A stretch of DNA of 64,000 nt from Mobula hypostoma (taxonomy: Eukaryota): assembly GCF_963921235.1 (NCBI RefSeq), contig NC_086098.1, positions 5,208,001 through 5,272,000 of the forward strand, given 5' to 3'. Positions within the stretch are counted from its first letter, which is position 1; every line of letters starts with the position of its first letter. Of this stretch, positions 50,619-62,799 are shown one piece after another. Position numbers and translations under genes: made by a program. The notes beneath the pieces are model-generated. The model did not search any database. It saw only the letters and a program-made list of their open reading frames with translations, and was not told the origin of the DNA.

Positions 50619-51168
50619 CTATTGCTGCCGCTCGAAATTGTCTCATGTGCTCATCGAGGACTGCTGGATCCCTGGAACTGTAAGGTCCTAATTCAGGATA
50701 GAAATTGGAGCTAATGTCGTCAGGAGGATTATGCCTTCCTTTGGGATAGCTGCTTGCTATTTTAGGATCCCAGTGGGGAACTAGTGGATGATTCCAGTGT
50801 ATGTATTTACCATCAATCTGTTGATTTCCATACCACGAGTAATAAAATGCATGTAGATCATAATTCACTGCAGGAAGCTGGTCACGTTTTTCATCAGACA
50901 TGGGACTGAGTGTCGCATGCTGCCGTCCGTCCATATTTGAATTACCAGGAAGAGGGCCACTTTCCGCTGACCTTTCAGTACTGGGGGTATTTGCTTTCCG
51001 GTTATTGACTGCAGCTCGATGTCGAATTTGTGGCAATAGTTCAAGTCCTACACCATCTATAAATCCAGCGCCCTCAGGTCTCAGGGCCTTCAAGCCCATC
51101 ATGACACCAAAAACAAACAAAAGGAAGAGCAGTAAGGTGATCCACATTTTCCTCCGAAATCTAGCCAT
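50619..51168 (-). CDS. MANEAL: MANEAL first coding exon (550 nt): type II signal-anchor, stem and start of GH99 domain
   Basis: ATG at 51168 (atcATGg): MARFRRKMWITLLLFLLFVFGVMMGLK...LHAFYYSWYG...HWDPKI...FYPELGPYSSRDP...AAIG; donor G|GTAATG at 50618, phase 1. Confidence 0.93.
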
Positions 51169-51695
51169 GATGACATGCTCCAAATGTTGACGATATCCAC
51201 GAGTATATATTGAGTTCAAGAAAAAGTGATAGGGAAAAAGAAAATACCTCTCTTGGAGTCTCACAAGCACTTTAAGGGAGTGGTTTAGTAGGTGGACAAA
51301 AATTAGTTCTCAAACCAAGCAATTGATCAGGGAATGGAAGAGGAATTTTCTGATGATTACATTAAAAATCTGGATTTTTCTGAAAATCTAAAAAATTTAT
51401 AATTTTTCTCCAAAGCCAGTTAGCAAAGAAACTAAGCAATTGTTTTGCTGTACTGAGCCACTTGACATGAAGTTCTGGTTTTTGAATAGATTATTTCCTG
51501 ATCATTAGTTCCAGTACACTTAAAAACATAGTGATTATCAGTTACCTCTCACAAACCTTCTTGAAGGTTCTATGCTGGAGATTTTTAATGCTGCATTTGT
51601 TTGAATGGATGCTTAAGCTTGTGGAGGTTGAAACTGGAGAAATCGTATCTAAGTTAAAATGGCCTTTCTGCAAATGTATTTCATGGGTTTACAAC
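51169..51695 (-). other. MANEAL: Probable 5'UTR portion of the first coding exon of MANEAL
   Basis: Strong acceptor tctatttttgttttattgcag| ending at 51696; non-repetitive sequence down to the ATG; weaker alternative AGs near 51380-51390. Confidence 0.5.
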
Positions 51696-51882
51696 CTGCA
51701 ATAAAACAAAAATAGATTTCAGTTCATTTCCTCTCTTGCCCAAAAATTGAACACCTTTTCAGAATACACAGGGAATATGAATGAAATGGGCAACTGTGAA
51801 TGTGAAGGGATTATGAAGGATCTGATATTGGAAGCAAAGTGGAAACTAACCACAGTAAAGGGAAGAGGAGTTAAAACAAGTA

Positions 51883-53217
51883 CAGTGGACTCCGATTAAT
51901 TGAGCCATTGGTTAATCAGAGCAGCCGCTGATTTGGGACAATTCTTAAAGAACAAAAACTAAAGAAAACAGCGTTTAGGGCGGCAATGAAGGTCCTCCAC
52001 CTCTGGAGGTATTCCGGGCTTCCTCTCAGTTTTCACTACTGTCAATCATGCAAGTCCCTTGTGGAGACTCAGGAACACCATCGCACTCAGATGTATTGCT
52101 TTCCCGTAACAATTTTGTTTTTCCAGTTGTTAGCCCTGAGCTGAACCCCAAACCTGGAGAACCGGTGGACTATTCATAGTCATGCGTCTACTCTTTGACC
52201 TGTCTGGCATGGGTGACCCTACCAAGAACCACAACATAAAGCCCTGACTCCAGCCAATGGAGCTCTCCAGGATCTTGAAGCATGCAAGCCTCCAAACCCA
52301 GTGGCAAGGTTGTGGTCTTGTAGGATTTGGAACACTATGTCACTTAATTGAAGGAGAATGTTGCTGAACAGTTTCTAACTAGCATCAGTCACATGCACTT
52401 GTGTGATCATTACACACTAAGTGCTTAGAGTGAACAGATTTTAAGTAGCATCAGTTGAGTGTGCTTGTGTTCAAACAGGATTTTTTGTCACTGATAGGTG
52501 AGAAATAAGCAAGACAATTTAGAATTATATTGTTCACTGCACTTTTAAGCATTCAGGCTTGGAGATGCCATAAACAGCCAGGAGTGAAGATAAAATGATT
52601 TCACTACTTCAAGTTAGGAACAACAAAGAATTTGAAGATATCAAAAATCAACTTGAATGTTGCAATGAAAATGAAGATATGTAGGATGCAACTATTGATA
52701 GCATTATTTGAAGGCAGTCTATTATCTACACTAGGTGTCTGCACTGATATTCATTTACGGTCAATCAAAAGAACATAGTAGTGTACTCTGGATAAATTCA
52801 TCTCTCTATAACTATTAGGAACTAATGTACACTTCTATACAACTATAATAATATTGATAGTGTTCTAGTTTTTCTGAATTTCATTTAAGTACATAATTTT
52901 ATATCAGTTAAACAATAGTTTATCATTTCTATATATCTTTAACTATTTTCTCTCTATCAAAGGAGGAGTAAGGCACTCTTTCCCTCCACTAGCCTGCAGA
53001 TCACCCTTGGGCAAGGTGTAAACACACTGCCCAGAAGAAGGCAATGACAAACAAATTCTGTGGAAAGATTTGCCAAGAACAATCATGGTCATGGAAAGAT
53101 CACCCACGTCATCAGCATGCTACGAACGAATGAACAAACTATTTCCATGAAACCTCGGATAATTGGGGCAGACGCTTAATTGGGCCAAAATATCTCCCAA
53201 TTAATGAGAATCCACTG
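51883..53217. mobile_element. Tc1/mariner (Tigger/pogo-like) non-autonomous relic with internal RTE-like insertions (about 51970-52325 and 52955-53135)
   Basis: TA|cagtggactccgattaattg ... caattaatgagaatccactg|TA. Confidence 0.7.
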
Positions 53218-54845
53218 TATTCTGATTAGGAGATAGGACTTTAAGTGACACAGGGAGGCCAACTGGTAGTAGATTTACATTGCATAATTTTACACAAACA
53301 CTAACCTATTAACTATACAAAAGAAAAGAAATCCATTATTGCTTCTGGAAGAAACGCTAAAATGAGCAAAAATATACTTTTGATCAATAGGTGTTACAAA
53401 GATCAACAAAACTACATTTTCACTAGAAGCAACCGTACTACTTAATAATTTTGCAATAGAATAAACAGATCCACAAACTTCTGGTTAAATGTTGTGATCA
53501 TTCAGTCATAGAACACTACAGCAAAAAAAACTGCCCTTCAGTTCATCTAGTCTATGCTGAACTATTTCCAGTGACCTACATCCAAACCATAGCCCTCCAC
53601 ACCCTACCATCCCTGTAGCTATCCAAATTTTTCTTGAACGCTGAAATCAAACTCACATCCACCACTTCCGCTGCCAGCTCGTTCCACACTCTCACCATTA
53701 GCTGAGTGACAAAGTTCCCCTTAAACATTTCACCTTTCACCCTTAACTCAAGATCAGCTTTGCTCAGCATATCCTTCCCAGGGTAGTACAAGTAACTTTT
53801 CATCTGGGAGCCTGGTATAAGTGAATGACAGCATAAACTCCAGCGAAAACGAGCCACTGTGGCCTGAGTGCAACTGCACCAAAGATGCATCAGAAACTGG
53901 TGGACACAACTCTGAACATCACAGAAAAAGTCCTCACACCATTGAGCACATCTACAAAGAGATTGGACAGCAGCGCAGTTGAAGTAGAAGCATTCACGCG
54001 CAGGTCTAGAGCGGAACTTGAAAAGCCCAGTCTCCATAAAAGAGGTACTGTCTAGTGGAGTAGGAGTGGTCTGAATCAGGCTTTGACTCAACAGGCAGAG
54101 GTGAGTTTATTTCTTTTTTTCTCATTTAATTCTTGGGAGAATAGTGGGCATGTCTGCAGGGCCAGTCTTATGTTCTGGGTGTCAGATGTGGGATTTCCAG
54201 GAGACTTCCAGAATCCCCTGTAGCCACATCGCACCAGGTTCATCGAGATACAGCTCCTTAGAGACCGTGTCAGGGAACTAGAGCTGCAGCTTGATGACCT
54301 TCAGCTTAAGGAAAGTGAGGAGGTGATAGACAGGAGCTACAGGGAGGTAATCATACAAAGCTGCAGGAGACTGTCAAGAGAGGGAACGGAAAATGTCAGA
54401 GTGGAGAGCACCCTGTGGCCATCCCCTCAACAGTAAGTACTCCATTTTGAGTACTGTTGGGGGAGGGAGGGGGCGACCTACTTGGGGGAAGCAACAGTGG
54501 CCATGCCTCTGGCAGAGTCTGGCCCTGTGGCTCAGAAGGGTAGGGAAATGAGGAGTATGGCAGCAGTAACAGGGGACTCTATAATTAGGGGAACAGACAG
54601 GTGATTCTGTGCCCCCCAAGTCCGTGATGTTTCTGACCGTGTTCTCAATATCCTGAAAAAGGAGGGTGAGCAGCCATAAGTCTTGGTACATATTGGTACC
54701 AATGACATATGCAGAAAAAGGAAGAAGGTCCTGAAAAAAAAAAATACAAGGAGTTAGAAAGGAAGCTGAGAAGCAGGATCTCAAAGGTAGTAATCACAGG
54801 ACTGCTGCCTGTGCCACACGACAGTAAGGAAAGGAATAGAATGAG

Positions 54846-54942
54846 CTGACATGTTAACCGTTATTAATGTAATCCCAATCTCTTTGTATCATTACTATTA
54901 TCGTTATGTTTATCAATTTCGAAACTTAATAAAGATTGAAAA
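54846..54942 (+). mobile_element. About 100-bp L1-like 3' tail
   Basis: AATAAAgattgaaaa end; TSD agaatgag 54838-54845/54943-54950. Confidence 0.55.
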
Positions 54943-55684
54943 AGAATGAGGTGACAGATAAATGTGCGGCTGAAGGATTGGAGCAGGGGGCAGGGATTCA
55001 GATTTTTGAATCATTGGGACCTCTTCTGGGGCAGGTGAGACCTGTACAAAAGGGGCAGGTTGCACTTGAATCCAAGGGGGACCAATATTCTTGCGGGCAG
55101 GTTTACTCTAGCTGTTGGGAGTGGCTTAAACTAATATGGCAGTGGGATGGGAATCAGTATGATAGAGCTGAGGATGAGCCAGCAGGTTTACAAGTAGATG
55201 ATGGGTGTAACATGAATGTAAGGAAGGACAAGCCAATGATTGGGTACAAATGTAGACAGAGCTGAGTTAAATTATATCACAGAGGCAAAATTCATAAGGG
55301 CGAAAAATGCAGGTGTGAAGGTGCTGTATTTAAATGCACGTAGTATTCGGAATAAAGTGGACAAACTTGTGGCGCAATATCACGTTGTGGGCATCACTGA
55401 GTCGAGGCTAAAAGAAGGTCATAGTCGGGAGTTTAACATCAAAGGATATACTTTGTATCAAAAGGACAGGCTGGAAGGCATAGGTGGTGGTGTGGCTCTG
55501 TTGGTAGGAGATAGAATTACATCTTTAGAAAGAGGTGACACAGGGTCAGAGAGTGTTGAATCTTTATGGATGGAGTTAAGAACCTGCTAGGGCAAAAAAA
55601 AACATTATGGGAATCATACATAGGCCTCCAAATAGCAGCCAAGATGTGGGGTTAAGATTGTAAAGGAACTGGAAAAAGCATGTA

Positions 55685-55879
55685 AACAACAGGAATTCTG
55701 CAGATGCTGGAAATTCAAGCAACACACATCAAAGTTGCTGGTGAACGCAGCAGGCCAAGCAGCATCTATAGGAAGAGGCGCAGTCGACGAAGGGTCTCGG
55801 CCTGAAACGTCGACTGCGCCTCTTCCTATAGATGCTGCTTGGCCTGCTGCGTTCACCAGCAACTTTGATGTGTGTTGCT
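55685..55879. mobile_element. Penelope-like fold-back insertion with a perfect 72-bp inverted repeat
   Basis: Arms 55718-55789 and 55808-55879; TSD (ct)ggaaaaagcatgta 55669-55684/55878-55893. Confidence 0.9.
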
Positions 55880-58013
55880 GGAAAAAGCATGTACTAAGAC
55901 TAACACCACAACTGTAATGGAGGACTTCAATATGCAACGGAATTGGGAAAATGAGTTTGGTGTCAGATCACAAGAGAGGGAATTTGTTGAATGCCTACGA
56001 GATGGATTTTTAGAGCAGCTTGTGCTTCAGCCTACTCGGGGAAAGGCCATCTTAGATTGGGTGTTGTGTAATAACCCAGATCTTATTAGGGAGTTTAATG
56101 CAAAGGAACATTATATGATTGAATTTATACTGCAATCTGAGAGGGAGAAGCACAAGTCACATGTATCAGTATCACAATTATTGTCAAGGGAATTACAGAG
56201 GCACGAGAGAGGAGCTTGTCCAGGTGAATTGGAAAGGGATACTGATGGGAATGATGGCAGAGGAGAGATGGCTAAAGTTTCTGAAAATAGTTTACAAAGC
56301 GCAGGAGTAGTAGTTCTCAAATGGCAGGGCCAGGCAAACATGGCTGATAAGGGAAGTTGAGGACGGCATAAAAGCCAAGGAAAGGTAGCAAAAGTGAGTG
56401 GGAAGTTGAGTGATTGGGAAGTTTTTAGCCAATATTATAAAGCAGGATACTAAAAGTTTATTCAGTTATATAAAGAGAAAAAGGGAAGTGAGAGTTGATA
56501 TTGTATCACTGGAAAATGATGCTGGTGACGTACTAATGGGGGACAAGAAATGGCACAAGTACTTGGCATCAGCTTCACTATGGAAGACACCAGCAGTGTG
56601 TCAGAGATCCTTGAGTGTCAGGAATGAGTGCTATTGCTATTACAAAGGAAAAAGTGCTACGCAAACTCAAAGGTGGATAAGTCACCTAGACCAGATTGAC
56701 TACATCCCAGAGTTCTGAAAGAGGTTGCTGAAGAGACAGCAGGTGCATTGGTTATGATCTTCCATTTGATTCTGGCATCGTTCCAGAGGACTGGAAAATT
56801 GCAAATGTCACTCCACTCCTTAAGAAGGGAGGAAGGCAAAAGAAAGAAAACTACAGGCTAGTTAGCCTAATCTCAGTGGTTGGGAAAGTGCTGGAGTCCA
56901 TTTTTAAGGATAAGGTTTCAGGGTAATTGGAGACAAATAATAAAATAAGACACAGTCAGCATGGTTTCTGCAAAGAAAAATCTTGCCCGACAAATCTGTT
57001 AAAGATTTCTTCAAGGAAGTAACAAGCAGGGTGGACAAAGGAGAGGCAGTGGATGTCATTTACTTGGATTTTAAGGTGGTGTCTGATAAGGTGCCATACA
57101 TGAGGCTGTTTAACAAGATTAAAATCCCATGGCATTACAGCAAAAATACTGGAATGGACAGATGAATTGACAGACAGGAGGCAGTGAGTGAGAATGAAGG
57201 CTGCCTTTTCTGGTTGGCTGCCAGTGACTAGTGGTGTTCCTCAGGGGGTTGGTATTAGGACTGCTACTTTTCACATTGTTTCTCAATGATTTAGATAATG
57301 GAATTGATGCAAAGTTTGCAGATGATACAAAGATAGGTGGAAGGGTAGTTAGTGCTGAGGAAGCAATGAGATTGCAGGAGGACTTGAAATTGGAAGAATG
57401 GGCAAAAAAGTGGCAGATAGAATACAGCGTTGGGAAATGTACAATAACACATTTAGGTAAAAGGAACAATAGAGGTGCAAAGGGACTTCGAAGACCTTGT
57501 GTAAGACTGCCAGAAGGTTAACTTACAGGTTGAGTCTGTGGTAAAGAATACAATGTTGGTATTCATTTCAAGGGGAATAGAATGCAAAAACAAGCAGACA
57601 ATGCCGAGGCTTTAGAAGACACTGGTCAGGCTGCACTTGCAGTACTGTCAACAGTTCTGGGCCCAGAAAGGATGTGGTGTCATTGGAGAGAATTCAGAGG
57701 AGGTTCACGAGGATGATTCCAGGAATGCTGGGGTTAACATATGAGGAGCTTTGGGCCTGTACAAACTAGAATTTAGAAGACTCTCATTGAAACCTACTAA
57801 ATGATGAAAGAACTATATATATAGATGTTTTCTATGGTGGTGGTGTCCAAACTAGAGGACATAGCCTGAAAATTGAGGGGTGACTCTTTAGAACAGAGGC
57901 AAGGAGAATTATTTTTAGCCAGAGTAGTGAATCTGTGGAGTGCTCTGCCACAGACAGCTGAGGAGGCTAAAACTATGGATATATTTAAAGTGAAAATTGA
58001 TAGTTTCCTGATT

Positions 58014-59170
58014 TAGAAACATAGAAAATAGGTGCAGGAGTAGGCCATTCGGCCCTTCGAGCCTGCACCGCCATTTATTATGATCATGGCTGATCATCCA
58101 ACTCAGAACCCCGCCCCAGCCTTCCCTCCATACCCCCTGACCCCTGTAGCCACAAGGGCCATATCTAACTCCCTCTTAAACATAGCCAATGAACTGGCCT
58201 CAACAGTTTGCTGTGGCAGAGAATTCCACAGATTCACCACTCTCTGTGTGAAGAAGTTTTTCCCAATCTCGGTCCTAAAAGGCTTCCCCTCTATCCTCAA
58301 ACTGTGACCCCTCGTTCTGGACTTCCCCAACATCGGGAACAATCTTCCTGCATCTAGCCTGTCCAATCCCTTTAGGATCTTATACGTTTCAATCAGATAC
58401 CCCCTCAATCTTCTAAATTCCAACGAGTACAAGCCCAGTTCATCCAGTCTTTCTTCATATGAAAGTCCTGCCATCCCAGGAATCAATCTGGTGAACCTTC
58501 TTTGTACTCCCTCTATGGCAAAGATGTCTTTCCTCAGATTAGGGGACCAAAACTGCACACAATACTCCAGGTGTGGTCTCACCAAGGCCTTGTACAACTG
58601 CAGTAGTACCTCCCTGCTCCTGTACTCGAATCCTCTCGCTATAAATGCCAGCATACCGTTCGCCTTTTTCACCGCCTGCTGTACCTGTATGCCCACTTTC
58701 AATGACTGGTGTATAATGACACCCAGGTCTCGTTGCACCTCCCCTTTTCCTAATCGGCCACCATTCAGATAATAATCTGTTTTCCTATTTTTGCCACCAA
58801 AGTGGATAACTTCACATTTATCCACATTAAATTGCATCTGCCATGAGTTTGCCCACTCACCCAACCTATCCAAGTCACCCTGCATCCTCTTAGCATCCTC
58901 CTCACTGCTAACACTGCCGCCCAGCTTCGTGTCATCCGCAAACTTGGAGATGCTGCATTTAATTCCCTCATCCAAGTCATTAATATATATTGTAAACAAC
59001 TGGGGTCCCAGCACTGAGCCTTGCGGTACCCCACTAGTCACCGCCTGCCATTCTGAAAAGGTCCCGTTTATTCCCACTCTTTGCTTCCTGTCTGCCAACC
59101 AATTCTCTATCCACATCAATACCTTACCCCCAATACCGTGTGCTTTAAGTTTGCACACTAATCTCCTGTG
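58014..59170 (-). mobile_element. Young 5'-truncated CR1 (family of 2451-5615), RT C-terminal half open
   Basis: ORF 58103-59278 from HRRLVCK to GKAGAGF* is near-identical to 4445-5511. Confidence 0.92.
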
Positions 59171-59215
59171 TGTCAGGGCATCAAAGGTTATGGCAAGAAG
59201 GCAAATGTATGGGGT

Positions 59216-59640
59216 TAGAAACATAGAAAACCTACAGCACAACACAGCCCCTTCAGCCCACAAAGCTGTGCCAAGCATGTCCTTACCTTAGAACTACCTA
59301 GGCTTACCCACAGCCCTCTATTTTTCAAAGCTCCATGTACCTGTCCAGGAGTCTATCTGCCTCCACCACCACCACTGGCAGCCCATTCCACGCACTAACC
59401 AATCTCTTTGTGAAAAACTTACCCCTGACATCTCGTCTGTACCTATTTCCAAGAACCTTAAAATTATGCCCTCTCGTGCTAGCCATTTCAGCCCTGGGAA
59501 AAAGCCTCTGATTATCCACACGATCAATGCCTCTCATTATCTTGTACACCTCTATCAGGTCACCTCTCATTCTCCGTCGCTCCACGGAGAAAAGGCCAAG
59601 TTCACTCAACCTATTCTCATAAGGCTCCCCAATCCAGGCA
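59216..59640 (-). mobile_element. CR1 3' fragment
   Basis: [24 protein letters not shown]; tagaaacatagaaaac tail. Confidence 0.8.
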
Positions 59641-60219
59641 ACGATCCGGTGTTGAGTGGAATCCGGGATCAATCACGATGGAATGATGGAGAAGACTCGG
59701 TAGACTGAATAGCCTAATTCTGCTCCTTTGTCTTATGGTCCTATGGTCTAAGGAGTGTTGCCACAAGAAGGCAGCATCCATCATCAAGAACTCCCACCAT
59801 CCAGGCGAGGCTCTCTTCTTGCTACGGGGGGGGGGGGGGTAGAGAAGCATTAAGTTCCACACCACCATGTTCAGCAACAGTATTACCCTACAATCATTAG
59901 CTCCTGAACCAGAGTAGATATCTTCACTCACCTCAACCCTGAACTGATTCCACAACTTATAGACTCAATTTCAAAGACTTGAAGTAAGAACATAATACAT
60001 CATGGCTGATCCATTTCCCTCTCAGCCCATCTCATACAGCTCATTCTCTCAGTCTGGACGTAGGTGCCACTGGGGAAAAAAGCAATTACTTCCCACCCAG
60101 AGTTCTCTTTAAGAGCCTCATAGTTCTATACCTACTGGAACATTCGCTCTGGTGGAGGTCTACTATAAAAACAGGTTCCAGTTCCATAATGTTACAATAC
60201 CGTAACAGTTTAGCGCTAT

Positions 60220-60410
60220 TCCTGAAGCAGAAACCTGTGCTCAATTTGTGTCGGTTGCTCGAAAAGTGTCTGTACATTTTCCCAGTGACTGTGTGGGTCT
60301 CCTCCCACACCCAGACATACAGGTCAGTAGGTTAACTGGTCACCAAGTGTAACTGGGCAGTGTGGGCTTGTTGGGCTGGAAGGGCATATTACTGTGCTGT
60401 ATGTCTGAAT
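60220..60410 (+). mobile_element. Degenerate V-SINE/HE1-like SINE
   Basis: tgtacattttcccagtgactgtgtgggt..cagtaggttaactggtc. Confidence 0.5.
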
Positions 60411-61359
60411 AAAACAAAAATAAACTTAACAAGGCAAGAATGAATAACAAAATATTGCCAAGCTCAAGTTCAGCATGTGATCAGAAAGGGAACATGCAAG
60501 ACGAGGATGAGCGACACATCCTCAATCTTCTTGGTGGCAGATGCTGTAGCTACTGTCCAACTTGGGTGGAAGGAATGAAAGCTTTGGGTCTTCCGGTAAG
60601 ATGGTGGTGCATTCGATCGCAGCAGCTCCTATGGGGCCAACCAAAGGTGTTATGGTCTTTTTAAGATATTTTACAATCTCAAGACTCTGTTGGATATTAA
60701 GAACTTAAAGTACCGCAGGTCTACCCCATTAACCAGTTTCTCGTTAGTGGAGAAATTGAACGAGCTGAACTTGGTGCACAAAGGAGGTGTGCAAGGCAAC
60801 AGTGACTTTTCTTGTGATCGCAAGATCCTGTTGGACAATGTTAATGTGGAGTGCTGCGGGTCCAATACACTGATTTATTGGCAGACGGCAGGGGAGCTAT
60901 GCGACCTCGGTCGTAGCGAGGACTATGCCTCAGGCTTCAGTGTTACGGTGACCCAGGAGAGAGGCATCACAGCCGGTGTGCTGCACCGGAGGCTGTGTGG
61001 AGTGGTGACCAAGCTGGGGGTCAGAGCTCCCCCCGCCATCCCCGGTGTTTGCTCAGCAGAAGACAAGCTGTATTGTATTCAACTGCAGGCTGCTGCAATG
61101 TTTATGGACTCAGGGACTTGGACTATATTTTTTTTAGTGTGGATGTATTTTACTGATATCTTACACGTTTTTGCTACCTTATATGTGCCTTGTACTGCGT
61201 GTGACTGTTGGTACTGTGTTTTACACCTTTGCCCGGGAATAACACCATTTCGTTTGGCTGTATTCCTGGGTTCATGTATGTACGTTGAATGACAATTAAA
61301 CTTCAACATGAACGAGCTGCCATTCAAGCAAACTGCTTTACCATGAATGAGGGTGGATT

Positions 61360-61980
61360 CCCTTCACGGGGAATGCCTGGGCATGAATTTTTTTTTTAAT
61401 GTAGGGAGACTGATGCCCGGGCAGCCACCACATGGTACTTGACAGATTGGGGCCAGAGTCCAGTGGTATGGAATGCAAGGTGGCCTTCCTCTGCCTTCAC
61501 TTCCACCAGCTCCACCACTGAGGTCGCGGTTGGATCGCTCTTTGTCTGGAATCTTCCCCCTTGACCTTACCGCCATGGGTGACCCTACCAGGAGCTAAGC
61601 TCCAGACAGCATCGCTTTCAGGAACTCAAAAGCTTCTCAAGGTGATCATCCTCCGAGAAGACCATGGATGAAATCAAGCCTCTCAATCTTTCCCAGGACT
61701 GTTGTTTGAGGATTTGAGCCTCTTGCTGCAAGACACCCAGCCACAGATCTCCATTTGTAGACACAGTCATTATCATCAATGGTTCCCATTGTTCATCTCT
61801 GCCATGGATGGTCCCAAGCCCAGCTGCCAAAGGAAGAGGGATAGGCATGGGGCCAGCAAACACATCCCGTAAAACAGTATTAAAGAAATGCCAAGATAAG
61901 CTCCAAAGACCTCATCCCTGGATGAGGAAGGATCGTTACCTAGAAAGAAGATGGTGACCTCACTGGGGACAATTTGTAAG
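61360..61980. mobile_element. RTE-clade-derived fragments
   Basis: catgggtgaccctaccaggagc shared with 52209-52230. Confidence 0.45.
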
Positions 61981-61983
61981 ACT

Positions 61984-62799
61984 ATTCCCTAATTCAATTT
62001 AAAGTGGTTCATAGAGCACATATGTCCAAAGATAAGTTAGCGCGTTTTTACTCGCATATTAATCCTTTTTGTGACAGATGCTCGGGGCAGATAGCCTCTT
62101 TAACTCATATGTTTTGGTCTTGCCGTACTTTGGAAACTTTTTGGAGAGATATTTTTAATATTATTTCTAAGGTATTAAATATAGATATCTCTCCTCACCC
62201 TATTACTGCTATCTTTGGACTACCTAAAACTTCTAGTAATCTTTCCCCTTCAGCCCGTAGAATGATTGCATTTCTTACTTTAATGGTGAAAAGATGTATT
62301 TTACAACATTGGAAAGAGCTTAATGCTCCAACTACCTTTTTTTGGTTCTCTCAGACGATTTTATGTTTGAATCTGGAGAAAATTAGAAGTAACCTTTATG
62401 ATTCATTTAAATTTGAACAGATTTGGGGACCTTTTATTCGATATTTTCATTTAATGTAATATATACCCTTCTTGTTTTTTTTTTCACTGTTTTTAATGGA
62501 GGTCGGGATTGAGGACGTGATTTTAAGTTTAACTCTGTTTGGTTTCAAGTTAGCCCATTGCTTTGCTTTGCTTTTAGTTAGTTGCACGGTGGGTTTTTTT
62601 CTTTTTTTTTCTATTGATATATATAAAATTTAGTATACTATTATGTTATCTTGGTTTCTTATGTTTAAATTACATTGTTTGTAGTTTTTTTTTGGTATTG
62701 ATACCTTCTGGAATTTTATTATATTTTAACATTGTATTAATGTTTATATGGCTTACCTTTTCGTATACTTATTCAATAAAAAGATTTAAAAAGAAAGAA
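61984..62799 (+). mobile_element. 5'-truncated copy of the 41430-47341 L1
   Basis: Near-identical ORF2 C-terminus and 3'UTR; 15-bp TSD acaatttgtaagact 61969-61983/62800-62814. Confidence 0.93.

Larger units (their letters stand above)
53960..59750 (+). mobile_element. Old, originally full-length CR1 (5'UTR, ORF1, ORF2, tail) inserted in a Rex-like element, with four nested insertions
   Basis: CSGCQMW ORF1 start, GDS/GTND, NARSIRNK, FADDTK, tcttatggtcctatggtct tail; Rex-like sequence resumes at 59750 (KAASIIKNSHHPG). Confidence 0.8.

Noticed and set aside
51169..51270. 34-codon in-frame N-terminal extension of MANEAL in the ORF track
   Set aside because: Starts at a non-AUG codon; homology and Kozak context indicate the ATG at 51168
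58103..59278. 391-aa ORF with a novel N-terminus
   Set aside because: The N-terminal 36 aa are read through adjacent CR1 tails into a truncated CR1 RT
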